In this document: positions 38,537 through 47,946 of the stretch, piece after piece
Layout: every line of letters begins with the position of its first letter
Position numbering within the stretch: position 1 is the stretch's first letter
DNA from: an uncultured Pelagibacteraceae bacterium
Lineage (GTDB): Bacteria; Pseudomonadota; Alphaproteobacteria; Pelagibacterales; Pelagibacteraceae
Reading direction: 5' to 3'
DNA: 64,000 nucleotides
NCBI GenBank assembly: GCA_902624045.1
Contig: CACNVX010000004.1
Coordinates: forward strand, 683-64,682
Notes under the pieces: model-generated
What the model was told of the DNA's origin: nothing
Database searches by the model: none
What the model saw: the letters and a program-made list of their open reading frames with translations, nothing else
Made by a program: the position numbers and the translations under genes

Positions 38537-39322
38537 ATGGCTTTAACAGCCATACCAGTTGGTTTTGTCGCTGGGTTGTTTGGTATTGGTGGAGGTTTAA
38601 TAACCGTACCATTCCTATACTATATATTTGGATCTCTAGGTGTTGATCAACAATTTATAATGCACTTAGCTGTAGGAACTTCATTTGCAATAATTGTACC
38701 TACGTCAACTGTTTCAGTTTTAACACATCATAAATTGAAAGCAGTTGATTTTGATATAGTTAAAAACTATGGTTTGTTTGTTGTAATTGGGGTTATTATT
38801 GGAACAATTTTTGCCGCTTCTCTAAAAACAAAATCCTTACTTTTATTTTTTTCAATTATGATTTTCTTTTTTGGTATTTACTTTCTTTTAAGTAAAGAAA
38901 AAGAACAGAGTATTATTTCAGAGATGAAATTATATATTAAAGTCATATTTGGACTAGTAGTTGGTTTTATATCCGCACCAATGGGTATTGGAGGAGCTAT
39001 TATGAATGTACCAATTCTAAAATTTTTTGGTTATTCAATAAACAAAGCCATTGGTAGTTCAGCTGCAATTGGTTTTTTAATTGCTTTATTTGGAGCCATA
39101 GGTTTTTTAGTTTCAGGAAATTATTTAAATTCAAACCTCCCACTTAGTATTGGTTTTGTAAATATACCCGCTTTTTTAATTTTTATACCGATTACAACTT
39201 TTATGGCTAGGATAGGAGCTAAGACAGTTCATAGTATTGATAAGAATAAAATAAGTAAGTTTTTTGGAATTTTTCTTTTAGCTGTTTCGATTAAATTCTT
39301 TTATGAATACTTAAAATTGTAA
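38537..39322 (+). CDS. Sulfite exporter TauE/SafE family protein
   Basis: Duplicated GLFGIGGG / PMGIGG motifs, AVGTS. Confidence 0.88.
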   Translation: MALTAIPVGFVAGLFGIGGGLITVPFLYYIFGSLGVDQQFIMHLAVGTSFAIIVPTSTVSVLTHHKLKAVDFDIVKNYGLFVVIGVIIGTIFAASLKTKSLLLFFSIMIFFFGIYFLLSKEKEQSIISEMKLYIKVIFGLVVGFISAPMGIGGAIMNVPILKFFGYSINKAIGSSAAIGFLIALFGAIGFLVSGNYLNSNLPLSIGFVNIPAFLIFIPITTFMARIGAKTVHSIDKNKISKFFGIFLLAVSIKFFYEYLKL

Positions 39323-39327
39323 CAAGC

Positions 39328-39365
39328 AAAAAAAAGAGGTGACTTCAGTCTCCCTCCATCACCTC
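39328..39365 (-). terminator. Minus-strand intrinsic terminator, possibly the 3' end of a small RNA
   Basis: gaggtga...tcacctc stem followed by T8 on the minus strand; no minus-strand ORF ends nearby. Confidence 0.55.
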
Positions 39366-39538
39366 ACAATTTCAAACTATGTGATTCTTTAAATATTTAT
39401 GAACACTTAATAGTTGAAAATGCAATTTATTAACTAATTTAAACCAAAACAATCTTAAGTTGTATTTAGTCTTAAAAAAAAATTCAATTTAGCCACACGC
39501 AATATTTAGTGTTATTATTCTGATTAATACTTTTAAAA

Positions 39539-40615
39539 ATGGTTTTAATAAAAGACATTAATAAAAATATTAAAAAAAATTTATTTGATCCAATAGAAAA
39601 AACTAAAAATAAGTTTTCCACAATTTTTAAAAATTTTAAAAAAAATAAGGTTAAAAAAGATTTAGCATTACAAAAACAATTAGAGAAAGATAAGAAAAAA
39701 CAATTAATTTTAGAAAAAAAATTAGCAAAAAAAGCTAAACAAGATGAACTTAAAGAAGAAAGAAAGAAACTTCTTTTTCAAAAAAAATTAATCATTGAAA
39801 ATGAAAAGCAAGAAAAAAAAAATGAAGAGAAAAGACAAAAAATTGAGTCTCAAAGAATTAAAATAGAACAGAAAAAAATTAAAGATGAAGAGACAAGAAA
39901 ACTTAGAGAGGAAGCAATAAAGCTAAAACAAGACGATCTAAGGCTAAAAATGCTAGAGAGACAAAAAATTAGAGAAGAAAATTTTAAGATTAAAGAAGAG
40001 GAATTAAAAAATAAAGAACTTGAAGCTCAAAAGAGAAGAGATGAAAAAGAAAAGGAAAGACAAGAAAAGTTAAGAATCAAAGAATTAGAGAGAAAAAATC
40101 GACTCGAGGAAGAGCAACGACTAAGAGAAGCAGCTAGAAAGCTGAAATATGAGCAGGAAAAACTTAAAGAAATGGAACAAAGATTAAGAGATCTTGAAAG
40201 TGAAAGACAGCAGGAAATTCAAAGACAGATTTTAAAAGAAGAGGCTGAGCAAAGAGCTAAGGAAGAGGAATTAAGAATTAAAGAAAAAGAACTTAAAGAA
40301 GCAGAACGCGAGAGAATAAATCAAGAAAATAAAAGACGACAAAGAGAAAGAGAATTGAAAATAGAGGAGGAAAAACAAAAAAGAATTGAAGAAGAAAACG
40401 AAAGAATTCGATTAGCTGAAATAGCTGAAAAAGAGAGAATTGAAGAGGAAAATAAGCGAATGAAAGAGTGGGAAAAAAAGTTTGATGAAGAGCAAAAATT
40501 AAAAGAAGAAGAGCTAGTCAGAAAATTTTACAGTGATGAAATTTCTGAGCAAGAAAATAATCAGAATGACGACAATTTAGATACTAAAACCGATGAAAAT
40601 AATTTAAAAAATTAA
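39539..40615 (+). CDS. Highly charged E/K/R-rich helical (coiled-coil or single-alpha-helix) protein
   Basis: 358 aa dominated by E, K, R, Q; essentially free of Pro and Gly. Confidence 0.7.
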   Translation: MVLIKDINKNIKKNLFDPIEKTKNKFSTIFKNFKKNKVKKDLALQKQLEKDKKKQLILEKKLAKKAKQDELKEERKKLLFQKKLIIENEKQEKKNEEKRQKIESQRIKIEQKKIKDEETRKLREEAIKLKQDDLRLKMLERQKIREENFKIKEEELKNKELEAQKRRDEKEKERQEKLRIKELERKNRLEEEQRLREAARKLKYEQEKLKEMEQRLRDLESERQQEIQRQILKEEAEQRAKEEELRIKEKELKEAERERINQENKRRQRERELKIEEEKQKRIEEENERIRLAEIAEKERIEEENKRMKEWEKKFDEEQKLKEEELVRKFYSDEISEQENNQNDDNLDTKTDENNLKN

Positions 40616-42066
40616 ATTTTCTGATCGTATTTACCGACTTTACCTGATTTTTGTAACAAATCGTCAATAAAATCAAAGATTTTTTTCTTTCTTTTATCTG
40701 ATGTCGGGCTTTCAGTAACAACAACCAAGGATGGTTTATTTGAAGACGCCCTAATAAGACCCCATGATCCATCTTCAAATGAAAACCTTACTCCATTAAC
40801 AGTTAAAATATCACTTATTATTTGATTATCTATTTCTGTTTTATTTTTTTTAAAACTTTCAATTTGTTTAACTAACTCTTTAACAACTAAATATTTTTCT
40901 TCATCTTTACAGAAAGGTGCCATTGTTGGTGTTTGAAATGTTTTTGGTAACTCATTTATAATTTCACTCATCATTTTATTTTGATTATTTAACAAATGAC
41001 ATATCTGAATAGCTGAGTTAATACCATCATCATATCCAAAACCCAAAGGTTGATTAAAAAAGAAATGGCCACTTTTTTCGAACCCTGCAAGTGCTTTTTC
41101 GGTGTTAACTTTTCTTTTAATATGTGAATGTCCTGTTTTCCAATAAATAGTTTCACAATTATTTTTTAACAAAATCTTATCATTTGAGAACAATCCTGTA
41201 GACTTTACATCTACTATAAATTTAGAATTTTTATACTTGCCTGATAAATTTCTTGCAATTAATAAACCTATTTTGTCAGAAAAAATTTCATTTCCTGTGT
41301 TGTCAATAACACCAACTCTATCTCCATCTCCATCAAAACCAAAACCTATATCAGCATTATTTTCTTTTACAGATTTCGCAATTGCACGAAGCATTTCTAA
41401 ATCTTCAGGGTTTGGATTGTATTTAGGAAAATTCCAATTTAGATTACAATCCAATTCAATTACTTCACATCCAATACCTCTTAAAATATCTGGAGCAAAA
41501 ATTCCAGCTGTACCATTTCCACAAGCTACAACAGCCTTTAAATGTCTTTGTATTTTATTTTTACTAATTAAATTATTTTTATAAATTTTATCAAAATTTT
41601 TAATTTGTTTTTCACTTCCTTCACCTTTGGAAAAACTTTGGTTTAAAGTAATCTCTTTTAGTTCTCTCATTTCTTCTGGTGCGTGAGTTAATCCTTTTGT
41701 GATACCCATCTTTACTCCAGTCCAACCATTCTCATTATGACTTGCTGTAACCATAGCAACTGCGTCTGCATCTAAATAAAACTGTGCAAAATAAACCATT
41801 GGTGATAATGACAAACCCACATCTTCTATATTGCATCCTGTTGAGATCAGTCCTCTTTTGAGAACACTTTTTATTTCTTCACTATAAGATCTATAATCAT
41901 GTCCAACTATAACCCTAGGATTATTTTTTTTTGTATGTTTTTTAATTTGAGTACCTAAGCCTCTACCAAGATTCGCGATTCCCTCATCGTTGATGTTCTT
42001 TTTATACAACCAGCGGGCGTCATATTCTCTAAAACCATAAGGATCTATTTTTATTTTTTCACTCAT
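40612..42066 (-). CDS. Phosphomannomutase/phosphoglucomutase
   Basis: FREYDAR, TASHN, FDGDGDR, FEKSGH, RASSN. Confidence 0.93.
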   Translation of the reverse strand: MSEKIKIDPYGFREYDARWLYKKNINDEGIANLGRGLGTQIKKHTKKNNPRVIVGHDYRSYSEEIKSVLKRGLISTGCNIEDVGLSLSPMVYFAQFYLDADAVAMVTASHNENGWTGVKMGITKGLTHAPEEMRELKEITLNQSFSKGEGSEKQIKNFDKIYKNNLISKNKIQRHLKAVVACGNGTAGIFAPDILRGIGCEVIELDCNLNWNFPKYNPNPEDLEMLRAIAKSVKENNADIGFGFDGDGDRVGVIDNTGNEIFSDKIGLLIARNLSGKYKNSKFIVDVKSTGLFSNDKILLKNNCETIYWKTGHSHIKRKVNTEKALAGFEKSGHFFFNQPLGFGYDDGINSAIQICHLLNNQNKMMSEIINELPKTFQTPTMAPFCKDEEKYLVVKELVKQIESFKKNKTEIDNQIISDILTVNGVRFSFEDGSWGLIRASSNKPSLVVVTESPTSDKRKKKIFDFIDDLLQKSGKVGKYDQKI

Positions 42067-42100
42067 CTGTTAATTACTTACTATTTTTTGAATTTTTTTA

Positions 42101-42134
42101 TTGAAAAATATTTTGTCGCGTTCTATAAATGTTC
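42101..42134 (+). promoter_or_regulatory. nrdAB sigma70-like promoter overlapped by an alphaproteobacterial LexA box (GTTC-N7-GTTC)
   Basis: TTGAAA (42101-06), 17 nt, TATAAA (42124-29); GTTC-tataaat-GTTC at 42120-42134. Confidence 0.65.
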
Positions 42135-42174
42135 TGTTGATTTAAAGTTTATATAGTATATCAACCATAAACGC

Positions 42175-42218
42175 CTACAACATATAGTTGTTTTCGTTAA
42201 AATAACAAAATATAGTAA
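42175..42218 (+). promoter_or_regulatory. Tandem NrdR boxes
   Basis: ctacaacatatagttg (42175-90) and taacaaaatatagtaa (42203-18) resemble acaCwAtATaTwGtg, directly upstream of nrdA. Confidence 0.7.
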
Positions 42219-42223
42219 TTATT

Positions 42224-44164
42224 ATGAATAAGATTCTATCGCAAGCACTTAAGAAAGCTGTCTCCGAATATAGCCCAACAGTTAAAGAGATTTCTAAAGG
42301 TAATAGACCTGATTTATTTTCATTAAATGATCAAACTGAATTATTTCAAAATGAAAAAGGAATTATAATTAAAATTGATCGATCGAGAGATAAAAATTTA
42401 ACTGATTTTGGCAAGGCAACTTTAAAAGATAGATATTTAGGACACAACGAGTCTTACCAAGATTTATTTGCTAGAGTAGCAAGTACGTACTCTGATGACA
42501 ATTTACATGCCCAAAGGATTTATAACTACATAAGCAAACTTTGGTTTATGCCTGCTACGCCAGTTTTATCAAATGGTGGAACAAAAAGAGGTTTACCCAT
42601 TTCATGTTTCTTGAACGAAGCTTCAGATAGCTTAGGTGGAATTCTCGATCTTTGGAGTGAAAATGTTTGGCTTGCAGCAAAAGGTGGTGGTATAGGAAGT
42701 TATTGGGGAAACTTAAGATCGATTGGTGAAAAAATTGGCAAAGTTGGAAAAACTTCTGGAATAATTCCATTTATTAAAGTCATGGACTCTTTAACCATGG
42801 CTATTAGCCAAGGCTCTTTAAGAAGAGGTTCTGCTGCATGTTATTTGCCAATTGACCATCCTGAAATAGAGGAATTTATTGAAATGAGAAGACCGACAGG
42901 TGGAGATCCTAATAGAAAATCATTAAATTTACATCATGGTGTTTTAGTTTCTGACGCCTTTATGAGAGCTGTAGAGACAGATGATCAATGGGCATTAAAA
43001 AGTCCTGCTGATGGATCTGTTCAACAAACTATTTCTGCAAGAAATTTATGGATAAGGCTGTTAACTGCAAGAATAGAAACTGGTGAACCTTACATTATTT
43101 ATATTGACACAGTTAATAGACAAATTCCTCAGCACCACAAACTAGCTAATTTAACTGTTAAAACTTCTAATCTTTGTAGTGAAATAACATTACCTACCGG
43201 AATTGATAAAGATGGAAGAGATAGAACAGCAGTTTGTTGCTTGTCATCACTAAATTTAGAAAAGTATGATGAGTGGAAAGACGATCCTGATATGGTTAAT
43301 GATGTCATGAGATTTTTAGATAATGTTTTAACAGATTTTATTAACAAAGCCCCTGAACAATTTAAAGATGCGAAATATTCAGCAGAAAGAGAAAGAAGTG
43401 TTGGCTTGGGTGTAATGGGCTTTCATTCATTTTTACAAAAAAATAGAATTCCTTTAGAATCTGTAATGGCTAAATCTTGGAATAAAAAAATATTTAAAGA
43501 TATTGATGAAAAAGTTAATCAAGCATCTAAAGACCTAGCAGAGGAGAGGGGTGCTTGCCCTGATGCAGCTGAGTATGGATACAACGAAAGATTCTCTAAC
43601 AAAACAGCAATAGCTCCAACAGCCTCAATTTCAATAATTTGTGGCGGTGCATCTCCAGGGGTTGAGCCGATTGCTGCAAATAGCTATACGCATAAAACAT
43701 TATCCGGTTCATTCAATGTTAGAAATCGTTATTTAGAAGAGATTTTAGATGGTCATGGTAAAAACGACGATGAAACTTGGTCTACAATAACAACTAATCA
43801 AGGTTCAGTAAGTCATTTGAATTTTTTGACTGATTTAGAGAAAGATGTATTTAAAACAGCATTTGAGTTAAATCAAAATTGGATAATTGAACTAAGTGGA
43901 GATAGAACTCCATTTATTTCACAAGCTCAGTCAGTAAACTTATTTTTACCAGCAGATGTTCATAAGAGAGAATTACACAAAATTCATTTTGATGCTTGGA
44001 AGAAGGGTTTAAAAAGCCTTTATTACTGTAGATCAAAATCAATTCAAAGAGCTGAAAATATTAATGATGCAAAATCAACAGATATTACAGCTAATGTATA
44101 TAAATCTAAAAATAAACCAATTAACGATCAACCAGAATATGAGGAGTGCCTGTCATGTCAGTAG
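42224..44164 (+). CDS. nrdA: Ribonucleoside-diphosphate reductase class I alpha subunit (no ATP cone)
   Basis: PATPVL, ISCF, SNLCSEI, VCCL, APTAS, SLYY, C-terminal CLSCQ. Confidence 0.95.
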   Translation: MNKILSQALKKAVSEYSPTVKEISKGNRPDLFSLNDQTELFQNEKGIIIKIDRSRDKNLTDFGKATLKDRYLGHNESYQDLFARVASTYSDDNLHAQRIYNYISKLWFMPATPVLSNGGTKRGLPISCFLNEASDSLGGILDLWSENVWLAAKGGGIGSYWGNLRSIGEKIGKVGKTSGIIPFIKVMDSLTMAISQGSLRRGSAACYLPIDHPEIEEFIEMRRPTGGDPNRKSLNLHHGVLVSDAFMRAVETDDQWALKSPADGSVQQTISARNLWIRLLTARIETGEPYIIYIDTVNRQIPQHHKLANLTVKTSNLCSEITLPTGIDKDGRDRTAVCCLSSLNLEKYDEWKDDPDMVNDVMRFLDNVLTDFINKAPEQFKDAKYSAERERSVGLGVMGFHSFLQKNRIPLESVMAKSWNKKIFKDIDEKVNQASKDLAEERGACPDAAEYGYNERFSNKTAIAPTASISIICGGASPGVEPIAANSYTHKTLSGSFNVRNRYLEEILDGHGKNDDETWSTITTNQGSVSHLNFLTDLEKDVFKTAFELNQNWIIELSGDRTPFISQAQSVNLFLPADVHKRELHKIHFDAWKKGLKSLYYCRSKSIQRAENINDAKSTDITANVYKSKNKPINDQPEYEECLSCQ

Positions 44165-45171
44165 CAGAAAAAGTTAAAGATAATAATAAAGAAATTATTC
44201 AACCAAACAAAATGGGTCTATTAGTAGAGAACCCTGTGTATAAACCTTTTAGATATCCTTGGTGTTACGATGCATGGTTGACACAACAAAGAATTCATTG
44301 GTTACCAGAAGAGGTTCCGTTAGGAGACGATGTTAGAGATTGGCAAAAAAATTTATCACAACCAGAAAAAAATTTATTAACACAAATATTTAGATTTTTT
44401 ACTCAAGCAGATGTTGAAGTAAATAATTGTTATTTGAGACATTACACTACTGTTTTTAAACCAACTGAAGTTTTAATGATGATGACTGCATTTGCTGCAA
44501 TGGAAACAGTTCATGTTGCCGCTTACTCCCATTTATTAGATACGATTGGTATGCCTGAGTCAGAATATTCTGCTTTTATGAAATATAAGGAGATGAAAGA
44601 CAAATATGACTACATGCAGGGATTTAATATGAATTCAAAAGAAGACATTGCAAAAACAGTTGCGGTCTTCAGTGCTTTTACAGAAGGATTACAACTCTTT
44701 GCAAGTTTTGCAATTCTTTTAAATTTTCCAAGACACAACAAAATGAAAGGGATGGGTCAGATAGTTACATGGTCAGTTAGAGACGAAACTCTTCATTGCA
44801 ACTCTATGATTAGAATTTTTAGGGAATTCATTAAAGAAAACCCTGAAATTTGGACACCAAAATTAAAAAAAGAACTTTATGAAGCTTGCAGAATTATTGT
44901 TGAACATGAAGACGCATTTATTGACTTGGCTTTTGAAATGGGTCCTATGGAAGGATTAACTGGACAAGAAGTTAAAGATTATATTAGATTCATTGCAAAT
45001 AGAAGGCTTGATCAGTTAGGATTAGAACCAATTTATGATGTTCAAAAAAATCCATTAACATGGTTAGATACTATGCTTAATGCAGTTGAGCATATGAACT
45101 TTTTTGAAGGTCGAGCAACTGAATATTCTAAAGCTTCAACTCAAGGAACTTGGGCAGAAGCTTTTAGTTAG
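44155..45171 (+). CDS. nrdB: Ribonucleoside-diphosphate reductase class I beta subunit
   Basis: HWLPEE, ETVH..AY, EG, RDETLH, NFFE; ATG 44155 follows GAGGAG. Confidence 0.95.
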   Translation: MSVAEKVKDNNKEIIQPNKMGLLVENPVYKPFRYPWCYDAWLTQQRIHWLPEEVPLGDDVRDWQKNLSQPEKNLLTQIFRFFTQADVEVNNCYLRHYTTVFKPTEVLMMMTAFAAMETVHVAAYSHLLDTIGMPESEYSAFMKYKEMKDKYDYMQGFNMNSKEDIAKTVAVFSAFTEGLQLFASFAILLNFPRHNKMKGMGQIVTWSVRDETLHCNSMIRIFREFIKENPEIWTPKLKKELYEACRIIVEHEDAFIDLAFEMGPMEGLTGQEVKDYIRFIANRRLDQLGLEPIYDVQKNPLTWLDTMLNAVEHMNFFEGRATEYSKASTQGTWAEAFS

Positions 45172-45175
45172 GCTA

Positions 45176-45347
45176 ATGCTAAAAAATATTACATAATATT
45201 TTTTTTCTTTGTTTTTCGGGCTGCAATACTGTAACAGGAATAGTTGAAGGCAAAGCTTTAGATGTTGTTAAGGATGTCAAGACTACTCACCACTATTCAA
45301 CATGTGTGTTTACTAAAGTTACCTGTGGCGACTTAGATTTAGACTAG
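45176..45347 (+). pseudogene. Frameshifted entericidin EcnA/B-like small lipoprotein
   Basis: Frame ending at TAG 45345-47 reads ...FFLCFSGCNTVTGIVEGKALDVVKDVKTTHHYSTCVFTKVTCGDLDLD; the upstream ATG (45176) is out of frame across A6/T8/T5 runs. Confidence 0.55.
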
Positions 45348-45374
45348 TTATTATTAATTGAATATAATAATAAA

Positions 45375-45935
45375 ATGAGTGAATTTTACAGTAAAAGAAG
45401 ATCTGTTCTTGCAAGAAAAATGTCTTCTGAAAAAATACCAGATAATCACTTAGAACAGATTTTAGCAGCCGGAATTAGAGTTCCGGATCATGGAGCTCTT
45501 AATCCTTGGAAAATAAAAGTAATATCTGGAGAAAAGTTAAAATTAATTGATAAAGACATAATCTTAAGTGAATTCAAAAAAGAAAACTCTAATGCAAATG
45601 ATATTCAATTAGAAACAGAGTCAAAAAGATTACAAAGAGCCTCTGTAGTTTTAGCTGTTTTATCAACACCAGTCGATCATCCAAAAATTCCAGTATGGGA
45701 AATGAGTCTTTCTTCAGGAGCAGTATGTATGAATCTTTTATCGTGCGCACAATCTCTTGGTTATGCTGCTCAATGGTTAACAGAATGGTACGCTTATAAT
45801 GAAAAAATGTTAGAATATTTGGGAGGACGAAAAAAAATAGATAAAATATCTGGATTTATTTATATAGGTCATAAATTAGAAGAGCCAAATGAAAGAAGAA
45901 GACCAGACCCTGCTAAAGTTATAAGCTATCTTTGA
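45375..45935 (+). CDS. Nitroreductase family protein (YdjA-like)
   Basis: RRS, RVPDHGALNPW, AQWLTEW, GFIYIG. Confidence 0.9.
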   Translation: MSEFYSKRRSVLARKMSSEKIPDNHLEQILAAGIRVPDHGALNPWKIKVISGEKLKLIDKDIILSEFKKENSNANDIQLETESKRLQRASVVLAVLSTPVDHPKIPVWEMSLSSGAVCMNLLSCAQSLGYAAQWLTEWYAYNEKMLEYLGGRKKIDKISGFIYIGHKLEEPNERRRPDPAKVISYL

Positions 45936-47050
45936 TTTAATTGTAAAACTTTTCTATGCTTATTGCCTTTGTAGCTTGCCAAAGGTCTAATTAGCTTATT
46001 AGCTGCATGTTGTTCCATTATATGAGCTGACCATCCAGTAATTCTTGATATTACAAAAATTGGTGTAAAAAAATCAGTGTCAAAACCCATTAAATGATAA
46101 GTAGGACCAGTAGGATAATCAACATTTGGATAAATATTTTTTTTCTTAATCATCACTTTTTCTACAATATCGTAGATTTTTTCAAATTTTTTATCCTTTT
46201 TAATTTTTGCTACTTTAGAAAAATACTTTCTCATAGTAGGAACTCTGGAGTCACCCGATTTATATACCCTGTGCCCAAAACCCATAACTACCTCTTTATT
46301 TTTTAAAGCATTATTAATCCATTTAAGTGCATTTGAAGGTTTTTTTATTTTATTCATCATATGCATTACTTCCTCATTGGCCCCACCATGCAGTGGACCT
46401 TTCAAACTAGCAATTGCTCCTGTTATTGCACCATGTATATCAGACAAACTACTAGTTATTGTTCTTGCTGTAAAAGTTGAAACATTAAAGCTATGCTCTG
46501 CGTATAAAATAAGAGAAACATCAAAAGCTTTTACTATTTCTTTCTGTGGAACTTTTCCAAAACACATATAAAAAAAATTTTCTGCAATATTTAAATTTTT
46601 TTTTGGTTTAATTAGTTTTTTTCCTTTTCTAATCCTATAAAATGCAGCAAGTGCTGTTGGAGTTTTTGCTAATATACGTATAGATTTTCTCATATTTGCC
46701 TGAGGAGAAGAATCTCCTGTTTCTTTATCTTCAAGGCCCATAATACTTACTGCTGTTCTTGCAACATCCATAGGATGAGACTTTTTTGGCATTCTTTTTA
46801 TGGCAGAATATAGGTCACTTGATAGATCTCTGTTATTTTTTTCCTCTCTTTCAAATTGTCTTAACTCTATAGAATTTGGAAGATCTTTATTTAAAATTAA
46901 ATAAGCAACTTCTTCAAATCTGCAATATTCGCATAAATCTTGTGCAGCATAACCTCTATATGTAAGAGAATTAATTTCAGGCATCACTTTAGAAACTTCA
47001 GTTTCGTCAACAACAATTCCAAGCAAACCCTTTTTAATTTCTTCAGTCAT
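45926..47050 (-). CDS. prpC: 2-methylcitrate synthase / citrate synthase
   Basis: YAEHSFNVST, GPLHGGAN, GFGHRVY, PNVD; operon with prpB and prpD. Confidence 0.9.
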   Translation of the reverse strand: MTEEIKKGLLGIVVDETEVSKVMPEINSLTYRGYAAQDLCEYCRFEEVAYLILNKDLPNSIELRQFEREEKNNRDLSSDLYSAIKRMPKKSHPMDVARTAVSIMGLEDKETGDSSPQANMRKSIRILAKTPTALAAFYRIRKGKKLIKPKKNLNIAENFFYMCFGKVPQKEIVKAFDVSLILYAEHSFNVSTFTARTITSSLSDIHGAITGAIASLKGPLHGGANEEVMHMMNKIKKPSNALKWINNALKNKEVVMGFGHRVYKSGDSRVPTMRKYFSKVAKIKKDKKFEKIYDIVEKVMIKKKNIYPNVDYPTGPTYHLMGFDTDFFTPIFVISRITGWSAHIMEQHAANKLIRPLASYKGNKHRKVLQLNQR

Positions 47051-47946
47051 TACTCATGTCCTTCAGAGCTAAAATTATAAATTCTTTCATCAAGTTCACT
47101 ATATTTCTCATAATCTACTAACTCATATAGTCTTTTTCTAGTTTGCATTTTATCTATTATATTATTCTGATGTCCATTTGCATAAATGTCCCTTAACCCA
47201 TCTTCTACATTCTTCATTGCTAATCTTTGTGTAGTTACAGGATAAATAACAATGTTATATCCTAAATTTTCTAGCTCTTTATAATTGAATAATTTTGATT
47301 TTCCAAATTCAGTCATATTTGCCAATAGATAACAAGATAATTCTTTTCTAACTTTTTCAAAATCTTTTTCGTCACTTAAAGCTTCTGGAAAAATTATTTC
47401 TGCTCCAGCATCAATATAGGCCTTGCATCTTTCAATCATTTTATCAATTCCCTCAACACTTTTAGCATCTGAACGAGCAATAATTTTAAAATTTTTATCT
47501 TTTTTAGAACTCACACATTCTTTTATTTTTTTTACCATAGCTTCTGTTGTGATAAGTTCTTTATTTTCAAGATGCCCGCATCTTTTTCTTTCAATTTGAT
47601 CTTCTAAGTGAACTCCTGTAACTCCAAATTCCTCAAATGTTTCTATGGTTTCTTTACAAGATTTAAATCCTGTATCTATATCTACAATTGTTGGCAAATT
47701 TGTTACTCTGGAAATTAAATAGGATCTTGTACTAACATCTTGTAATGTAGTTAAACCAATGTCAGGAAATCCAAGGTCATTTGCCATAACACCTCCCGAA
47801 ACATATACAGCATCATAACCAATTTCTTCAATTAATTTTGCTGTAAGCGGATTATATGCTCCAGGAACTCTTAATATTTTATTTGACTTTAATTTTTGAT
47901 TAAAATCTATTCTTTTCTGAGTAGGTTCTTTTTTTACAAAATGCAT
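47050..47946 (-). CDS. prpB: 2-methylisocitrate lyase
   Basis: PDIG, DIDTG, EDQ..RKRCGH, LANMTEFGK. Confidence 0.92.
   Translation of the reverse strand: MHFVKKEPTQKRIDFNQKLKSNKILRVPGAYNPLTAKLIEEIGYDAVYVSGGVMANDLGFPDIGLTTLQDVSTRSYLISRVTNLPTIVDIDTGFKSCKETIETFEEFGVTGVHLEDQIERKRCGHLENKELITTEAMVKKIKECVSSKKDKNFKIIARSDAKSVEGIDKMIERCKAYIDAGAEIIFPEALSDEKDFEKVRKELSCYLLANMTEFGKSKLFNYKELENLGYNIVIYPVTTQRLAMKNVEDGLRDIYANGHQNNIIDKMQTRKRLYELVDYEKYSELDERIYNFSSEGHE

Noticed and set aside
39800-40520. Purine-rich quasi-repeats (gaagaa/aaagaa) suggesting a tandem repeat or CRISPR array
   Set aside because: No fixed unit or spacer pattern; explained by E/K/R codons of the charged-helix protein
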